Of a stretch of DNA of 64,000 bases, positions 39,178 through 52,180 are shown one piece after another. A program made the translations under genes and the position numbers. The notes below the pieces were generated by a model. The model saw nothing but the letters and a program-made list of their open reading frames with translations, was not told the origin of the DNA and did no database searches. The stretch's first letter is position 1. Every line of letters begins with the position of its first letter. This stretch comes from Octopus vulgaris (taxonomy: Eukaryota), in NCBI GenBank assembly GCA_951406725.2, contig OX597827.1, positions 57,164,001 to 57,228,000 on the forward strand. Reading direction: 5' to 3'.

Positions 39178-39547
39178 ATATATATATATAGGTTCAGCAA
39201 AAATTTAGATTCAGATGAATATGGTACTTAAGTTAAAGGCACCAGAATTTGGTATGGTATTATCCATATAAATCAAATGGGCGATTATAATCAAAATAAG
39301 CAACAAGGATATCCAAAGGTAGTGTAGAACAATCGTTTCATGCTACTTCATTTAATTAAACAATGTATTACCTCAGTTTTAAAATGTAGACCAATCTTCA
39401 GCCACATATGGAATTTTTTTATTAAATTGATGATGTTCATTTTTATACTTATCTCATTTGCCAACATTACAAAGAGGGTAGGTATATAGACAGAGAGGTG
39501 AATTTCATCAGTAAAAACATGGTAGTAGAATATCCAAATTCCATATT

Positions 39548-39935
39548 CTTACTTTCCCAGATCTTGAGGATAAGGTGCATCAGATGATTTCTCAGTTCAG
39601 GACCTCCGTGTGTGAAAACTTCAAACGGGATGTTGTCTGGTCCTGGAGCTTTCCCCGGCTTTATGCGCGCAAATGCCTTGTTAAACTCATGGCATGAGGG
39701 CGGCTGGGACATCCAATGGCGGATATGGAGTTGTGGGAATGTTTTGGAGAGAACGTCAGGAGTGCGTGATTGGTCGTTAAGTAGGCACTCGAAATGGGAC
39801 GTCCAGTGATCGAGGAGTCCCTAGGTGTCGTTCAACGTAGAACTAGCTACGGTCTTCATGCAGCCCATGTATGACCTTGTGGGGCCGAAGATCTCCTTGG
39901 TTGCGGCATAAAATCTTAACAAGGCCGATGAGGTC
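39548..39935 (-). pseudogene. RTE-type LINE internal fragment (EN-RT linker)
   Basis: RFYAATKEIFGP..HWTSHFECLLN..PPSCHEFNKAFARIKPGKAPGPDNIPFEVF..LILKIWE. Confidence 0.85.
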
Positions 39936-40194
39936 TTTATAAGGCTGGAACATTTGTAAATTCATCTCTCAAACTCGTCAAAATATTTAAAATACTTTCA
40001 GTTGCTAATACTGTTTTTTTCTCCTTTTTTGTCTCTATATAATAGTTTCTAATTAGCTTTTTAATGTTAACTACATTAAATTTGCTAACACTAGCGTAAT
40101 TATTACATTTTCTTTTTTCTCTTTCAAGCAGATGAGTGATTTGAAATAGACTCATTTCAAACTAATGATAATTATAATTAGCGATCTTTACAAA

Positions 40195-40358
<164 letters not shown>

Positions 40359-41299
40359 TCTTTCCACCCCCTGTTTCTCTGTTGCTTTCTTCCTTCTCTG
40401 TTTTTAAATGAAATACTGAAGCAGAACATCACATTCTTTATTGTTGTTGTTGTTTTTCTTGCCGCCATTACTGTTTTTTTGTTTCTTTTATCGCCCCCTA
40501 ATGTTATTATTATGCGTTGTTGTTGTTGTTGCTATTGTAGTAACATCTAATGCTACTGTGATTTTGTTTTTGTTTTTTGCTTCAGTCACTCAACTTGTTT
40601 GCAAATTCTTTTAATTGTGTGTTTTTGTTTGTTTGTTTCCTTCTTTCTTTGTTGTACTTGTTGTGTACATGTGTTCCTGTTGCTGTTAATATTCATTATT
40701 TGGTTGTTGATGCATGCAGTGATTTCTGTTTGGTTGTTAGTGTTTTTCGTTTGTATTCGTGCGCGGGAAGTGGTGAATTAAATGCGTTTATATGTGCGCC
40801 AACATATGTGCGTGCGTTATGTTCGCTTGTGTGCATGTAACTTTGTGTGGTTGTTATATATGTATTTATGTGTGCGCGGTAGTTAAATGTATTTGCGTGT
40901 AAGTGTGTTTGTGTGCGTGTGTTCATATTACTGTTCCTATTTGTTATGTGTTTGTTGGCGCATGCAATAATTTCTTTTTCGATAAAACTGTCCTTGTGGT
41001 GGTTGATCATATGGTTCTGATGATCATTACTACTGCGCTGTTTGTGATTACTACAGTGGTTATAGGGATGGTTTCGGTTGTAGTTCTGGTAGTTGTTTTG
41101 TTGCTGTTGATGTTCATCTGGTTGTTGAAGCAGTGATGGTGGTCGTGGTTGTTGTGTCGGTAGTTGTAGTGGTAACTATGTGACAACTATAGCTGTAGTC
41201 GTGGTAACAGTAGAAATTTTATTGGTATGTGTGATAGTTAGAGTGGTCCTTTTGTATGCCCGAGGAAAATGGGAGAAATCCCAAGCAGTGCGAAATGGC

Positions 41300-42640
41300 A
41301 AGCAGGACGAAATCTAAGTGCATTAAAAGTTCTATAAGAACGACATCGTCTTAGTCGCATTTAGAGGCCCCCGAGAAAATCGATGCACTGGGGGCTGTAG
41401 TATTTATTTATCAAGAACAAGCCACAGCCTACATAGATTAGAATTGGGTTCATAGATTTGAGAGGCCTCTGAGCATAAGAACTTAGCGATTCTAGTTCAT
41501 GAGCAACGGAGAACTTTGAAGGTGATCTGGAGAGGACAGTGCAGCCAGAAGCAAGGCAATCACTTAACTGATGCTTCATGGACGATTTAATAGTGAAAAC
41601 AACAACAGTGTTAGGAGCTGGAGAAGTTTATTTTAAGAGTGCACGTAAGTTTGAAATCAGCGACGTACAAGCTTTGAGTCATGAAGAAAAGTAACCGATA
41701 AGTTTTGCTTCAAACTGAAGAAAACCGGATCTTGTCTGTCACGAGAAAACTCTTTTACTCTTTTACTTGTTTCAGTCATTTGACTGCGGCCATGTTGGAA
41801 TACCGGCCTTAGTCGAGCAAGTCGACCCCAGAACTTATTCTTCGTAAGCCTAGTACTTATTCTATCGTTCTCTTTTGCCGAACCACTAAGTTACGGGGAC
41901 GTAAACACACCAGCATCGGTTGTCAAGCGATGTTGGGTGGGGGACAAACACAGATACACAAACATATACACACACATACATATATATATACACATATATA
42001 CGACGGGCTTCTTTCAGTTTCCGTCTACCAAATCCACTCACATGACTTTGGTCGGCCCGTGACTATTGTAGAAGACACTCGCCCAAAGTACCATGCAATG
42101 GGAATGAACCCGGAACAATGTGGTTGGTAAGCAAGCTACTTACCACACAGTTCTCGGAAAGATCTAAATGTCATGAAGTTCATGTGGCTACAGTAGAGGG
42201 TTCTGAGCGCAAGGTGAGCTACCATCTCACCTGAGTTTTCCCTGCAGCTTAAGCAGCTTTGGACCATAGGAGAACAACAAGCTCAGGCTACTGTTTCACG
42301 CTGTCAGAGAGGAATTCATGTTAACACGCGCAAGGAAACCTTCAGCACACCCAATTCAGCAGTAGCGTAGTATCTTGTGCTGAGATCCTAATGAGGAAAA
42401 GGAGGAAGAGGAAAGCAATCGATGAGGGCGATATGCAGACTTGCAGCTGAAACAAAAAGCCCTTCTTCAGTGTCTGACACTGGCTGGATTTGTGATCTCA
42501 TAACAACCCGATATGAAACTGGTACAAGAAAATGTGCGCTTTAGAAGAATGGCTAGTAAACAGAATAATGACAATGGAGGAAAAAATGGCGTCTAGATTA
42601 CGTTCGTCCAGGTGATAGAGCGAAATGTTACGTGGCAGGT
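41300..42640 (+). pseudogene. HERO-like (R2-superfamily) non-LTR retrotransposon RT relic, split by SINE A
   Basis: Frame-broken peptides in order: CFMDDLIVKTTTV, KVTDKFCFKL, LGK, HEVHVATVEGSERKVS, SLSS, NNKLRLLFHAVREEFMLTRAR. They follow the motif order I recall for HERO-clade ORFs. Boundaries are approximate. Confidence 0.6.
41750..42150 (-). mobile_element. SINE A, near full length
   Basis: Identity to family. Confidence 0.9.
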
Positions 42641-43434
42641 TATTTGAAAGTGGAACCAAAAGAGGAACAATTTTTTCAATTCAGTGGAGGGGAAGGTTTC
42701 CATGGTTGTTCTAGTATTAGTACGTGTTGTTTCTGATATTCTTCTTGTTGCTTTTGACATTTCTAACACTAAGTGTGTTTTTAATGTTTTTTTGCATGTT
42801 GTTTCATTATTTCCCTTTCAACTGATTTGTCTCACTTCCAACGTTTAATTCATGGAGAAAAATAATGACAATTATTCTTGTTGGTCGTGGTGGTTGTGGT
42901 GGTGGTGGTGGTAGGTGATGTTTTGGTATTATATCCTTGTTTTTTATTGATATTGTAATCATTGTTCATTGAAGCAGTTGTTGATGTTGTAACTGTTTTA
43001 TCATTGCTTTTGTTGCCAACAAACAATTATTATTTGGAGATCATTATTTGCCATTTTTTTAATATATTCTTGTCCTTGACAGCATTGATGAAATATATGT
43101 TAATACTGATACGCAAATTAATTCCGGTTAAATAACAAGATAGTCATATTCTTCATCGGCTTCCGAAAGATGTAAGACATCGTTAACTGAAGCAGGATTT
43201 GAATTTGTGGAACAGAATACCAAAACAAACATTCACAAAAGTGCTCTATCCGATACTCTAATGACTGTGTCAATTCAGCGGCTAATGTTTCTAAGGTCGA
43301 CATAAAGCCATAAAATTTGAGTGCATGAGTACTGCTGCATATGATATTACTGAGGCACTTCACTGGTATTTTATTTTATAAACTTCTTCTGGGGTTTATG
43401 AAATAAAGTACTTCGTGCTTGCAAAGCGAGATTC

Positions 43435-43436
<2 letters not shown>

Positions 43437-43493
<57 letters not shown>

Positions 43494-43652
43494 CATATAT
43501 ACATACATACATGCATGCATGCATGCATACATACATACATACATACATACATACATACATACATACATACATACATGCATGCATACATACATACATACAT
43601 ACATACATACATACATACATACATACATACAAACAAACATACATACATACAT
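43437..43652. repeat. (CATA)n microsatellite
   Basis: Direct observation. Confidence 0.95.
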
Positions 43653-43656
43653 ATAA

Positions 43657-43973
43657 AAGGCCTGGCTTCCCGTCGGTTACGACAACGAGTTTTCCAGATG
43701 ATCCGATGAACGGACAGCCTGTTCGTGAAATTAACGTGCAAGTGGTTGAGTACTCCATAGACACGCGTACCCTTCACATAGTTCTCAAGGAGAATCAGCG
43801 AGACAGAATGAGACAAGACTGGCACCTTTGAATTACAGGTAAAACTCGTTATGCCAGCTACGTAGACTGAAGCAATGGGAAATAAAGTGCCTTGCTTAAT
43901 TCACTCCCGGGAATCTGACTTACGTTTGTAATGCTGTAGTCTGAAGACGCTAACCACTAAGCCACGCACCTTC
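43657..43973 (-). mobile_element. tRNA-derived SINE, family H
   Basis: Minus strand GAAGGTGCGTGGCTTAGTGGTTAGCG (A box), then GCAAGGCACTTTATTTC block shared with family D. Fragments at ~24880 and ~60690. Confidence 0.75.
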
Positions 43974-44519
43974 ATACATACATACATACATACATACATA
44001 CATACATACATACATACATACATACATACATACAGTGAAAACAGTTGTGGGAAAAGTACATGTACTTATATTGCTTCAAAGAAAGAATGTAGAAATGTGC
44101 ATAGGAACTAGGTTCAGAAGGAATTATGGCAGCCCTATGCTAATAAACTCTCTTTCTATTCTTGCTCCACGAATTTATTCGAGAGTGGACAAAGAGAGAG
44201 CTCACATCAAATCCTAATCAAATTTAAAGCAAGATTCAGTATAATTTCAAAAGAGTAATTTAGGAAGTTTCAAGGAGATATGATGGATAACGTTGCACCC
44301 ATTGGCCGAGCTGTGTTTGAAGATTGAAATCGAGGTGGAACAGTAAGCAGAAATAATAGGTGAAACATTAGCCCACCGACTCATACGCTAGTGTCTATAA
44401 TCTTTTATTCTTTTTATTTTTTTCAGTCATTTGATTGCGGTTTCCATGTATTGTTTCTGTCATTGGATTCGGTTTCCTTGTATGCCTCCACTGCCCTATT
44501 TTTCCTCCCAAATTTGACC

Positions 44520-44755
44520 CTCTATAAATCAAAAATTTAATTTTGGTACTTATGAGAGCAACTGTTTTCGAAGACTCATATTGTCGTTCAGTGCTTGAAA
44601 TGAGTAGATAGACGGCCAACAACTGATGAAGGGTCGTTCTTTGTGTTACTTGTCCTGTTTTCCATTTGTTTCTCTCGCTGTTTGCGTATTGAACTCATTT
44701 GTTTTCGTATTTCATGTTGCGTACTGTTGGTGACGTCCTGTACCCATATATGCAT
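44520..44755 (+). mobile_element. Family P1 element
   Basis: CTTATGA-GAGCA..TGCTT-GAAA and CAACTGATGAAGGG; ends GTCCTGTACCCATATATG against (TA)n. Confidence 0.7.
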
Positions 44756-44864
44756 ATATATATGTGTATATATATATATGTATGTATATATATATGTATA
44801 TATATATATTATTTATATTATTTATATTATTTATATTATTATTTGATTGAACGCCACGCATCCG

Positions 44865-44950
44865 TTTCTAAGTAAGTTTATCTTACTAATTTTATCAGTT
44901 ACTTTTTGCCGAGCCGCTATGTTACGGGGACATAAACCAAACACGAAGAT

Positions 44951-45004
<54 letters not shown>

Positions 45005-45092
45005 AAATACACAACAGGCTTCAACGCACTTTCCGTCTACCAAATTCACTCAAAAGACAGTGATCATTTCAGAGCTATAGTAGAAGACACTC
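44865..45092 (-). mobile_element. SINE A, degenerate middle
   Basis: TTTGCCGAGCCGCTATGTTACGGGGAC..TTCCGTCTACCAAATTCACTC. Confidence 0.7.
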
Positions 45093-45399
45093 AATATGCC
45101 GGACAGTCGGGGGATTCTAAAATGAACATCGTTGATGTTTACATCGAATAGGGGGTGAATATAAACAGAAAATAACAAAAAGGGTGAGGAAGAGCTCCTT
45201 CCTCAGAACAACATTTATGCCATTCGTTAGATCAATAATGATGACCTGCCTGTGATTTCTCGCCTGTGGGTGGGCGCGAACTCTAAATGCTTTAGTTGTT
45301 TCTTTTTCAGTTTCAGTTATATTTTGCTTTAATTAATGCATATATTAACTATACCATTTTTACTTCAGGGAATTATTTGTCTTTTCTTTATAGATTTTT

Positions 45400-45552
45400 A
45401 TGTGTGGTAAGTAGCTTGCTAACCAACCACATGGTTCCGGTTTCAGTCCCACTGCGTGGCATCTTGGGCAAGTGTCTTCTGCTATAGCCCCGGGCCGACC
45501 AATGCCTTGTGAGTGGATTTGGTAGACGGAAACTGAAAAGAAGCCTGTCGTA

Positions 45553-45623
<71 letters not shown>

Positions 45624-45847
45624 CTGTATGTGTGTGTTTGTGTGTCTGTGGTTGTCCCCCTAGCATTGCTTGACAACCGATGCTGGTATGTTTACGTCCC
45701 CGTCACTTAGCGGTTCGGCAAAATAGACCGATAGAATAAGTACTGAGTTTACAAAGAATAAATCCCGGGGTCGATTTGCTCGACTAAAGGCGGTGCTCCA
45801 GCATGGCCGCAGTCAAATGACTGAAACAAGTAAAAGAGTAAACGAGT
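45400..45847 (+). mobile_element. SINE A, near full length
   Basis: Identity to family; long internal (TA)n. Confidence 0.92.
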
Positions 45848-47298
45848 AATGAATTTTTTTAATAATATAACGTCTACCATGCCATATCGTTTGCGTTATA
45901 ACTTGCCTGCCTCGGTCTAAGCGTATTTGCAAGCCACCAGTTCAAATTACATGGTATTTCCTTGCATCACTTCGAGCACTTGAGGCCAATAAAGTAAAAT
46001 ATTATATCATTATGAAGAGCACTGGAGGGTTCTGGGTCGGTAAGATTATTAGAGCGTCGAACAAAATGCCTGGTAGTATTTGTTTCAGCTCTTTACTCTC
46101 TGGGCTGAAATCCCACCAAGGTCAACCTTACCTCCAGCCCTTTTTTTTTCCAAAACGTATGCCTAGGTTAGAAAACGTTATTATTAAAAATATTATTTTT
46201 CTCTTACTGTTGCCGTCGTGGTTGTTATTGCTGTCTCCCGAAAAATATATGATATCAAGAGTTATTGAATACCCCGAGAAAATTCGTGTTTATGCATAAA
46301 TTAATATCATGATTTTCAGATCATAGCAAATGATTCAAATGCAGAGGTAGATTTCGCCTGTATACAGAGGTTATATTCTAACTGACTTTTCTTAACCTTT
46401 AAATTGGTGTTAACTATTCATATGAATGAATTTAATGCTTTCCTTGCTTCAAGGTCAGGTTTCTCTCGAATCCATTGCTGGATTGTCGAACATACTATAT
46501 CTGTGGGTGTACCTTGTTGAGACAATAATTAATTTCCGCATTCATGAAGCAAAGTAACAGAACGTTTACGATTCTCTTTCACCTATTTCTTTTCTTAATT
46601 TTCGTTCGACATTTATTTATTCTCCTTTCTTTTGTTTGATTTTATACTTTACATCCTAAGATCTCGCCTTTACCCTTTTATGCTTTATATTTGACATCCC
46701 AGATTTACTTGTAAACAGAAACTATGACATCTCTCTCACCCTAACCTTTCCATAGTAAACCTCACGTTTCTTTCCCCGTTTCAGTGGCAAACAGTTTACT
46801 CTGTGAGGATATCAACACTTCCCTTCATTTACTATTAGATTCGGTAATGTTTTAATCTACGAACTGAACAGAAAATAGATTAGTATGCACCAGGATCGGA
46901 GCATCTTTACTCAACAAAGTAATCAAGATTATCACATATTGATTTGTAAATTCCAAGAATTTCAATTAGCGATTGTGAAAAGTACGAAAATATTATGTCG
47001 CCTGCTCGTCTTAGTTGTCAGAGAGGAAGTATTTAGTACGCTTTTGTTACTTCTCGAGGTATTGCTGACCAAATCAGTTTCTGTTTAAAATAAGTAGGAA
47101 ATATGGAATCATTGCAATTTTTTCAGTTACTCTTTTCCTTTCCTGGTTCCAGTGAAGCCACTCTGGGACATTCCTTACGGGTGCTTAATCGATTCAATCA
47201 ACCCCCCACCGTATTTGTTGACAGTTACTATTTTCTTTATCGACTACAGAACTGGTAGAATCGATACATACATACATACATACATACATACATTCATT

Positions 47299-47382
<84 letters not shown>

Positions 47383-47384
<2 letters not shown>

Positions 47385-47515
47385 CATGCAAAATTAAGAG
47401 GAATGACCACTAAAGTGGACATTCTATATGCTAAACATAGACGTCAAATCGCCATTACCACAAAAAATGTGTTCTCAAAAAAAATTAGTGGTCAGTCCTC
47501 TAAATTTTGTATGTA
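47383..47515. repeat. 31-bp inverted repeat with 71-bp spacer
   Basis: 47383-47413 versus reverse complement of 47485-47515: 28/31 match. Confidence 0.8.
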
Positions 47516-47630
47516 ACATAATTTTTAATCTTCGGATTTTTTAAATATGCTAAGCCATAGGTTTTAATTGATTAACATCAATTTCTACCCTTAATTTAAT
47601 TTTATATATGTATAGATATATATATATATA

Positions 47631-47674
<44 letters not shown>

Positions 47675-47676
47675 TA

Positions 47677-47718
<42 letters not shown>

Positions 47719-47735
47719 TATCTATATATATATTG

Positions 47736-47773
<38 letters not shown>

Positions 47774-48808
47774 TTGACTCTACCAGTTTATAACTAGATT
47801 TTTTCATTTCCACTAAATAATTAGTCAGTTAATTAGCATTTATAAAAAAAGGTTAAACTACATATATATGGATATGATATGTATACTAATACTTAACATA
47901 GCAAGGCATCCCACCTCTAATAAAAGATTTACGAGGAAAAAGTAATCCCTACATTGTTATATATTGTTCTTTTACATATTTTAACTAAATAAGGTAGGAA
48001 TTTTCATTGAATTTCTTTGTTGTTAGAGAAAGTCTTATGTAACAAAATGTTACAGGATTTCACCGGTTTTTCTTTCTTTTTTTAAAAAAAAAACTTCGCT
48101 ACGCAATTTCTCAATTTTGCCTTTCAATTAACAAAGCAACAGAACAACAAAGATGCCGCTACGTCGTCAGTAAATCGGGAAGAAATAGCTACCAAATCTT
48201 CCTGAATTCACATTCTACTGTCCTTTGAAACATAATGAAATACTGCATAATGTATTCGTTCATAGACTTTGTCTGGAAATAAGTCAAAATAATTATAACT
48301 GAAGCATCTTTAATCAATGGCCTGCTGAACAAGGATACTGATATGGGGATAATCTGTCAATCTCGTGTCTTATCAATGATAACGATTTCTGATTTAGTAC
48401 AAGGACAACAATATTTAGATGAAGAGTAGGTAAGAAATACTATCGACTCTTGTACAACAACAATGATAATAATACGATCATGACCGACAAACCATTGGCA
48501 CAATGTCAGCACAAAAATATATTAACAATTTGATATAACAATGGAGTTGGCATCCTCTGCTTTTGTTGTTATGTATCACGAGTTGTAACTTATACACAAT
48601 CTGGTTTTTAGTGTGTATTTTAAGGTAAAAGGTTGTACAATAGTCTTTCGCTTGGGATTCGTAAAATATATTGTCCTCTTTTAAATATCGTACAATCAAC
48701 TTCTTATGGAATAGATTCAGCATTATTCTTATCATGAAAATATTTGCGGGCTATCAATAGTGGCAATATATACATCAACATACATAAACATGCCCGCGCG
48801 TGCGCCCG

Positions 48809-48854
<46 letters not shown>

Positions 48855-48911
48855 CACACACGCACAAACACACACACACACACACGTGCGCGCGCGCGCA
48901 CATACATACAT

Positions 48912-49093
48912 CTTTTATTTTACTTGGTTAGACTGCGGCCATGCTGGTGCACCGCCTTCAAGGATTTTAGCCGAAACCATCGATCCCCAGGACTTATTTT
49001 TTTTAAAGCTTAGTACTTATTCTATCGGCCTCTTTGACCGAACCGCAAAGTTACAGACATAAACATACCAATACCGGTTGCGATGGTGGGGAC
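48912..49093 (-). mobile_element. SINE A tail
   Basis: Identity to family. Confidence 0.8.
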
Positions 49094-49125
49094 ACACGCG
49101 CGCGCACACACATACACACACATAC

Positions 49126-49199
<74 letters not shown>

Positions 49200-49736
49200 A
49201 TGTGTGTGTATATATATGTATGTATATATGTATATAAATGTACGCGCGAGTGTGTGCGTGTATGTGTATGTGTGTGGGGGGGGCGTGTATGCGTGCGTGA
49301 ATATGATTAATACTGTAACGGAATTCTTCAGCCGCTGTTTAATTACCGAATTCATTTTGCCGAAAGAATAAAGTTTACGAATGCCATGTCATTTATTTAA
49401 AATTTCATCAAACTGAAAATATGAAAGAGATATCCGCTTCTCCATGAAACTGATGCAATTTTTCAATGATTATTTTCTTTACAATGCTCATATCTTCGGA
49501 TAATTTTAGACTATGATTTTTTTTTCTCTAATTGTTTGTTTTACGCCAACGCATAAACTATTCTCCACATCGGTGAAAAATTGAAGCCATTGCTTGTTTT
49601 GTTCCTTAATACAGATGAAGGCGAATTTATTCCTAGCTGCCACATTCAAACGAAGTGTGCAGGTTAAGGAGCGAAGTACTTGTCACACTGAGATATCTGC
49701 GGAAGATACGGAAGGGTTTCATACATTGTAAGGTGT

Positions 49737-50893
49737 AGGCGTGGCTGTGTGGTAAGAAGCTTGCCACACAGGTAAGGCGGCGAGCTGGCAGAATCGTTAG
49801 CACGCCGGGTGAACTGCTTAATGGTATTTCGTCTGCCGTTACGTTCTGAGTTCAAATTCCGCCGAGGTCGACTTTGCCTTTCATCCTTTCGGCGTCGATT
49901 AAATAAGTACCAGTTACGCACTGGGGTCGACATAATCGACTTAATCCCTTTGTCTGTCCTTGTTTGTCCCTTCTGTGTTTAGCCCCTTGTGGGTAGTAAA
50001 GAAATAGGTATTTCGTCTGCCGCTACGTTCTGAGTTCAAATTCCGCTGAGGTCGACTTTGCCTTTCATCCTTTTCGGGGTCGATTAAATAAGTACCAGTT
50101 ACACACTGGGGTCGACATAATCGACTTAATCCGTTTGTCTGTCTTTGTTTGTCCCCCCGTGTGTAGCCTCTTGTGGGCAGTAATAAAATAAGAAGCTTGC
50201 TTCCCACGTGGTTCCGAGTTCAGTCCCACTGCGTAACAACTTGGGCGAATTTTTTCTACTATAGCCTCGGACCGACCAAAGCCTTGTGAGTGGATTTGAT
50301 AGACGGAAACTGAAAGAAGCCCGTCGTATATATGTGTGCGCGCGCGCGTACGAGCGTGTGCGTGAGTATGTGCCCTTGTGTTTGGTTCCACCCACCACCA
50401 TCACCACCACCACCACTGCTCGGCGAATGTGATGGTTTTGGCCTCTCTCATACACACGTACATACATGGACATATTTGTGTGTGTGTGTGTGTGAGTGCG
50501 TATGTTTTGGTAGGTGTGCGTATGTTTTGCTTGATTGTGCATGTGTGTGTGTGTGTGTGAAAGATAGGTAGACAGGGAGACTGTTGTCACCGTAGTAACT
50601 AACGAAACTCTCACTATATATCAGTCTACTGTTAAAAGAAGGTACGTATATGGTTAACAAAAAAATCCACAAAATTCTGGGGCTTCCTTGTCCAGGTTAA
50701 CGAGAGGTCCAAAGCGAAATGTGTTGATGTGTTTGCGGACCCGTAACTTGGCGGTTCGGCAGAAGCGCCCGATAAAATAAGTATCAGGCTTAAAAAATAA
50801 GTACTGGGGTCGATCCATTCGACTAAAAATTCTTCAAGGGGGTGCCCCTGCATGGCCGCAATCTAATGACTGAAACAAGTAAAAGATAAAAGA
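49737..50893 (+). mobile_element. SINE A carrying two nested insertions
   Basis: Head 49737-49764, resumes 50189-50440, tail resumes 50714-50893. Confidence 0.8.
49775..50188 (+). mobile_element. SINE B head-to-tail dimer (full copy plus 5'-truncated copy)
   Basis: A single TSD TAAGAAGCTTGC (49753-49764 and 50189-50200) encloses both units plus 10 extra nt. Confidence 0.88.
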
Positions 50894-51329
50894 ATGCAAT
50901 AGTTTTAGTCCCTATCAGGACAAAAGCTTACAATATCTTTAAGCATCTCCTGTATTTTCTGCGTGGGGCAAAGCAGTTCCAATCTTCATGTAAATCTGAA
51001 GAACTTTACTATTCAGACATGACAGTGTTCCGATTTTTGCCTCTTTTCAAATGTTGTTTTATTTTAAATGTCTGTTGCAATATTTCAAGTGGTGTGCTTT
51101 CTTTTCGGAGGAGATTCTCTTGGTTACTCTTATTAATACTGGAAGACGTGTTCAATAAAAATTAGGTCTTTGTCCATCGCCACGCTGTCGGTAAAAATAT
51201 TTGATAATGATGCACGTACCTTCTTTTAATCGAAGACAGTTATATAGAGAAAGTCCCTTTAAATATTGTGGTGACAACAGTCTACCTACCTATCTACCTA
51301 CCTACCTACCTACCTACCTACCTACCTAC

Positions 51330-51370
<41 letters not shown>

Positions 51371-51387
51371 AATCTGTCTATCTTCTG

Positions 51388-51487
<100 letters not shown>

Positions 51488-51795
51488 CTCTCTCTCTCTC
51501 TCGCTGAATTTCCCTCTCAACAACAACAACAATTGTAGACATTATAGTGAAAGTATTTTTTAAAGTACGTGTTGCATTGTCACTATATTCAAAAACATAC
51601 AAAAGCACACACTCACACACACACATAGTGCGTTTGTGGCTACTGAATTATTTTGACTCTTATTTCTAGCCATGCCGGTACCATTTAGTACTCTCTGTCA
51701 CTTTAGTGACGTCTATAAATTTGCCTTTAGGTTGTTAAATTGCTAACAAGCCACCCATTACAGTTCTATATTCAAGAGATGAGGAATTATGTACA

Positions 51796-51904
51796 TTATT
51801 TACATTATTTACATTCGACGGATATGGCGTAGTGGTTAAGAGCGCGTGCTACTAACCCCAAGATTCCGAGTTCGATTCCAAGCAGTGACCTGAACAACAA
51901 CAAC

Positions 51905-51936
<32 letters not shown>

Positions 51937-52113
51937 TGATATTAATAATAACAATAATAATAATAACATCGAAAATACCTTAGGAATGAGAACCCAGATT
52001 CGAAATTTCCCCAAGACACCTGAAGAAGGCTGGAGGGTGTATCAGCCGAAACGTTGTGTTAACATCAAACAAGATGAGGGCAAATATCTGTCGAATGTAA
52101 ATAATGTAAATAA
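51796..52113 (+). mobile_element. tRNA-headed, hammerhead-containing element with 30-bp inverted ends
   Basis: IR 51796-51825 versus 52084-52113 (29/30); A box TGGCGTAGTGG 51825-51835; B box GAGTTCGATTCC 51868-51879; (AAC/AAT)n linker; HHR 52015-52060. Confidence 0.8.
52015..52060 (+). ncRNA. Minimal type-I hammerhead ribozyme, PLE type
   Basis: GACAC-CTGAAGA-A-GGCTG-(10 nt)-CAGCC-GAAA-CGTT-GTGTT: helix I GACAC/GUGUU, helix II GGCUG/CAGCC, loop-less palindromic helix III ACGU. Confidence 0.75.
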
Positions 52114-52120
52114 GCCATCC

Positions 52121-52169
<49 letters not shown>

Positions 52170-52180
52170 TATATATATAT

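Noticed and set aside
39325-39405. Minus-strand CTGAAGA ... GAAACGATT about 55 nt apart
   Set aside because: I could not pair helix I or II convincingly.
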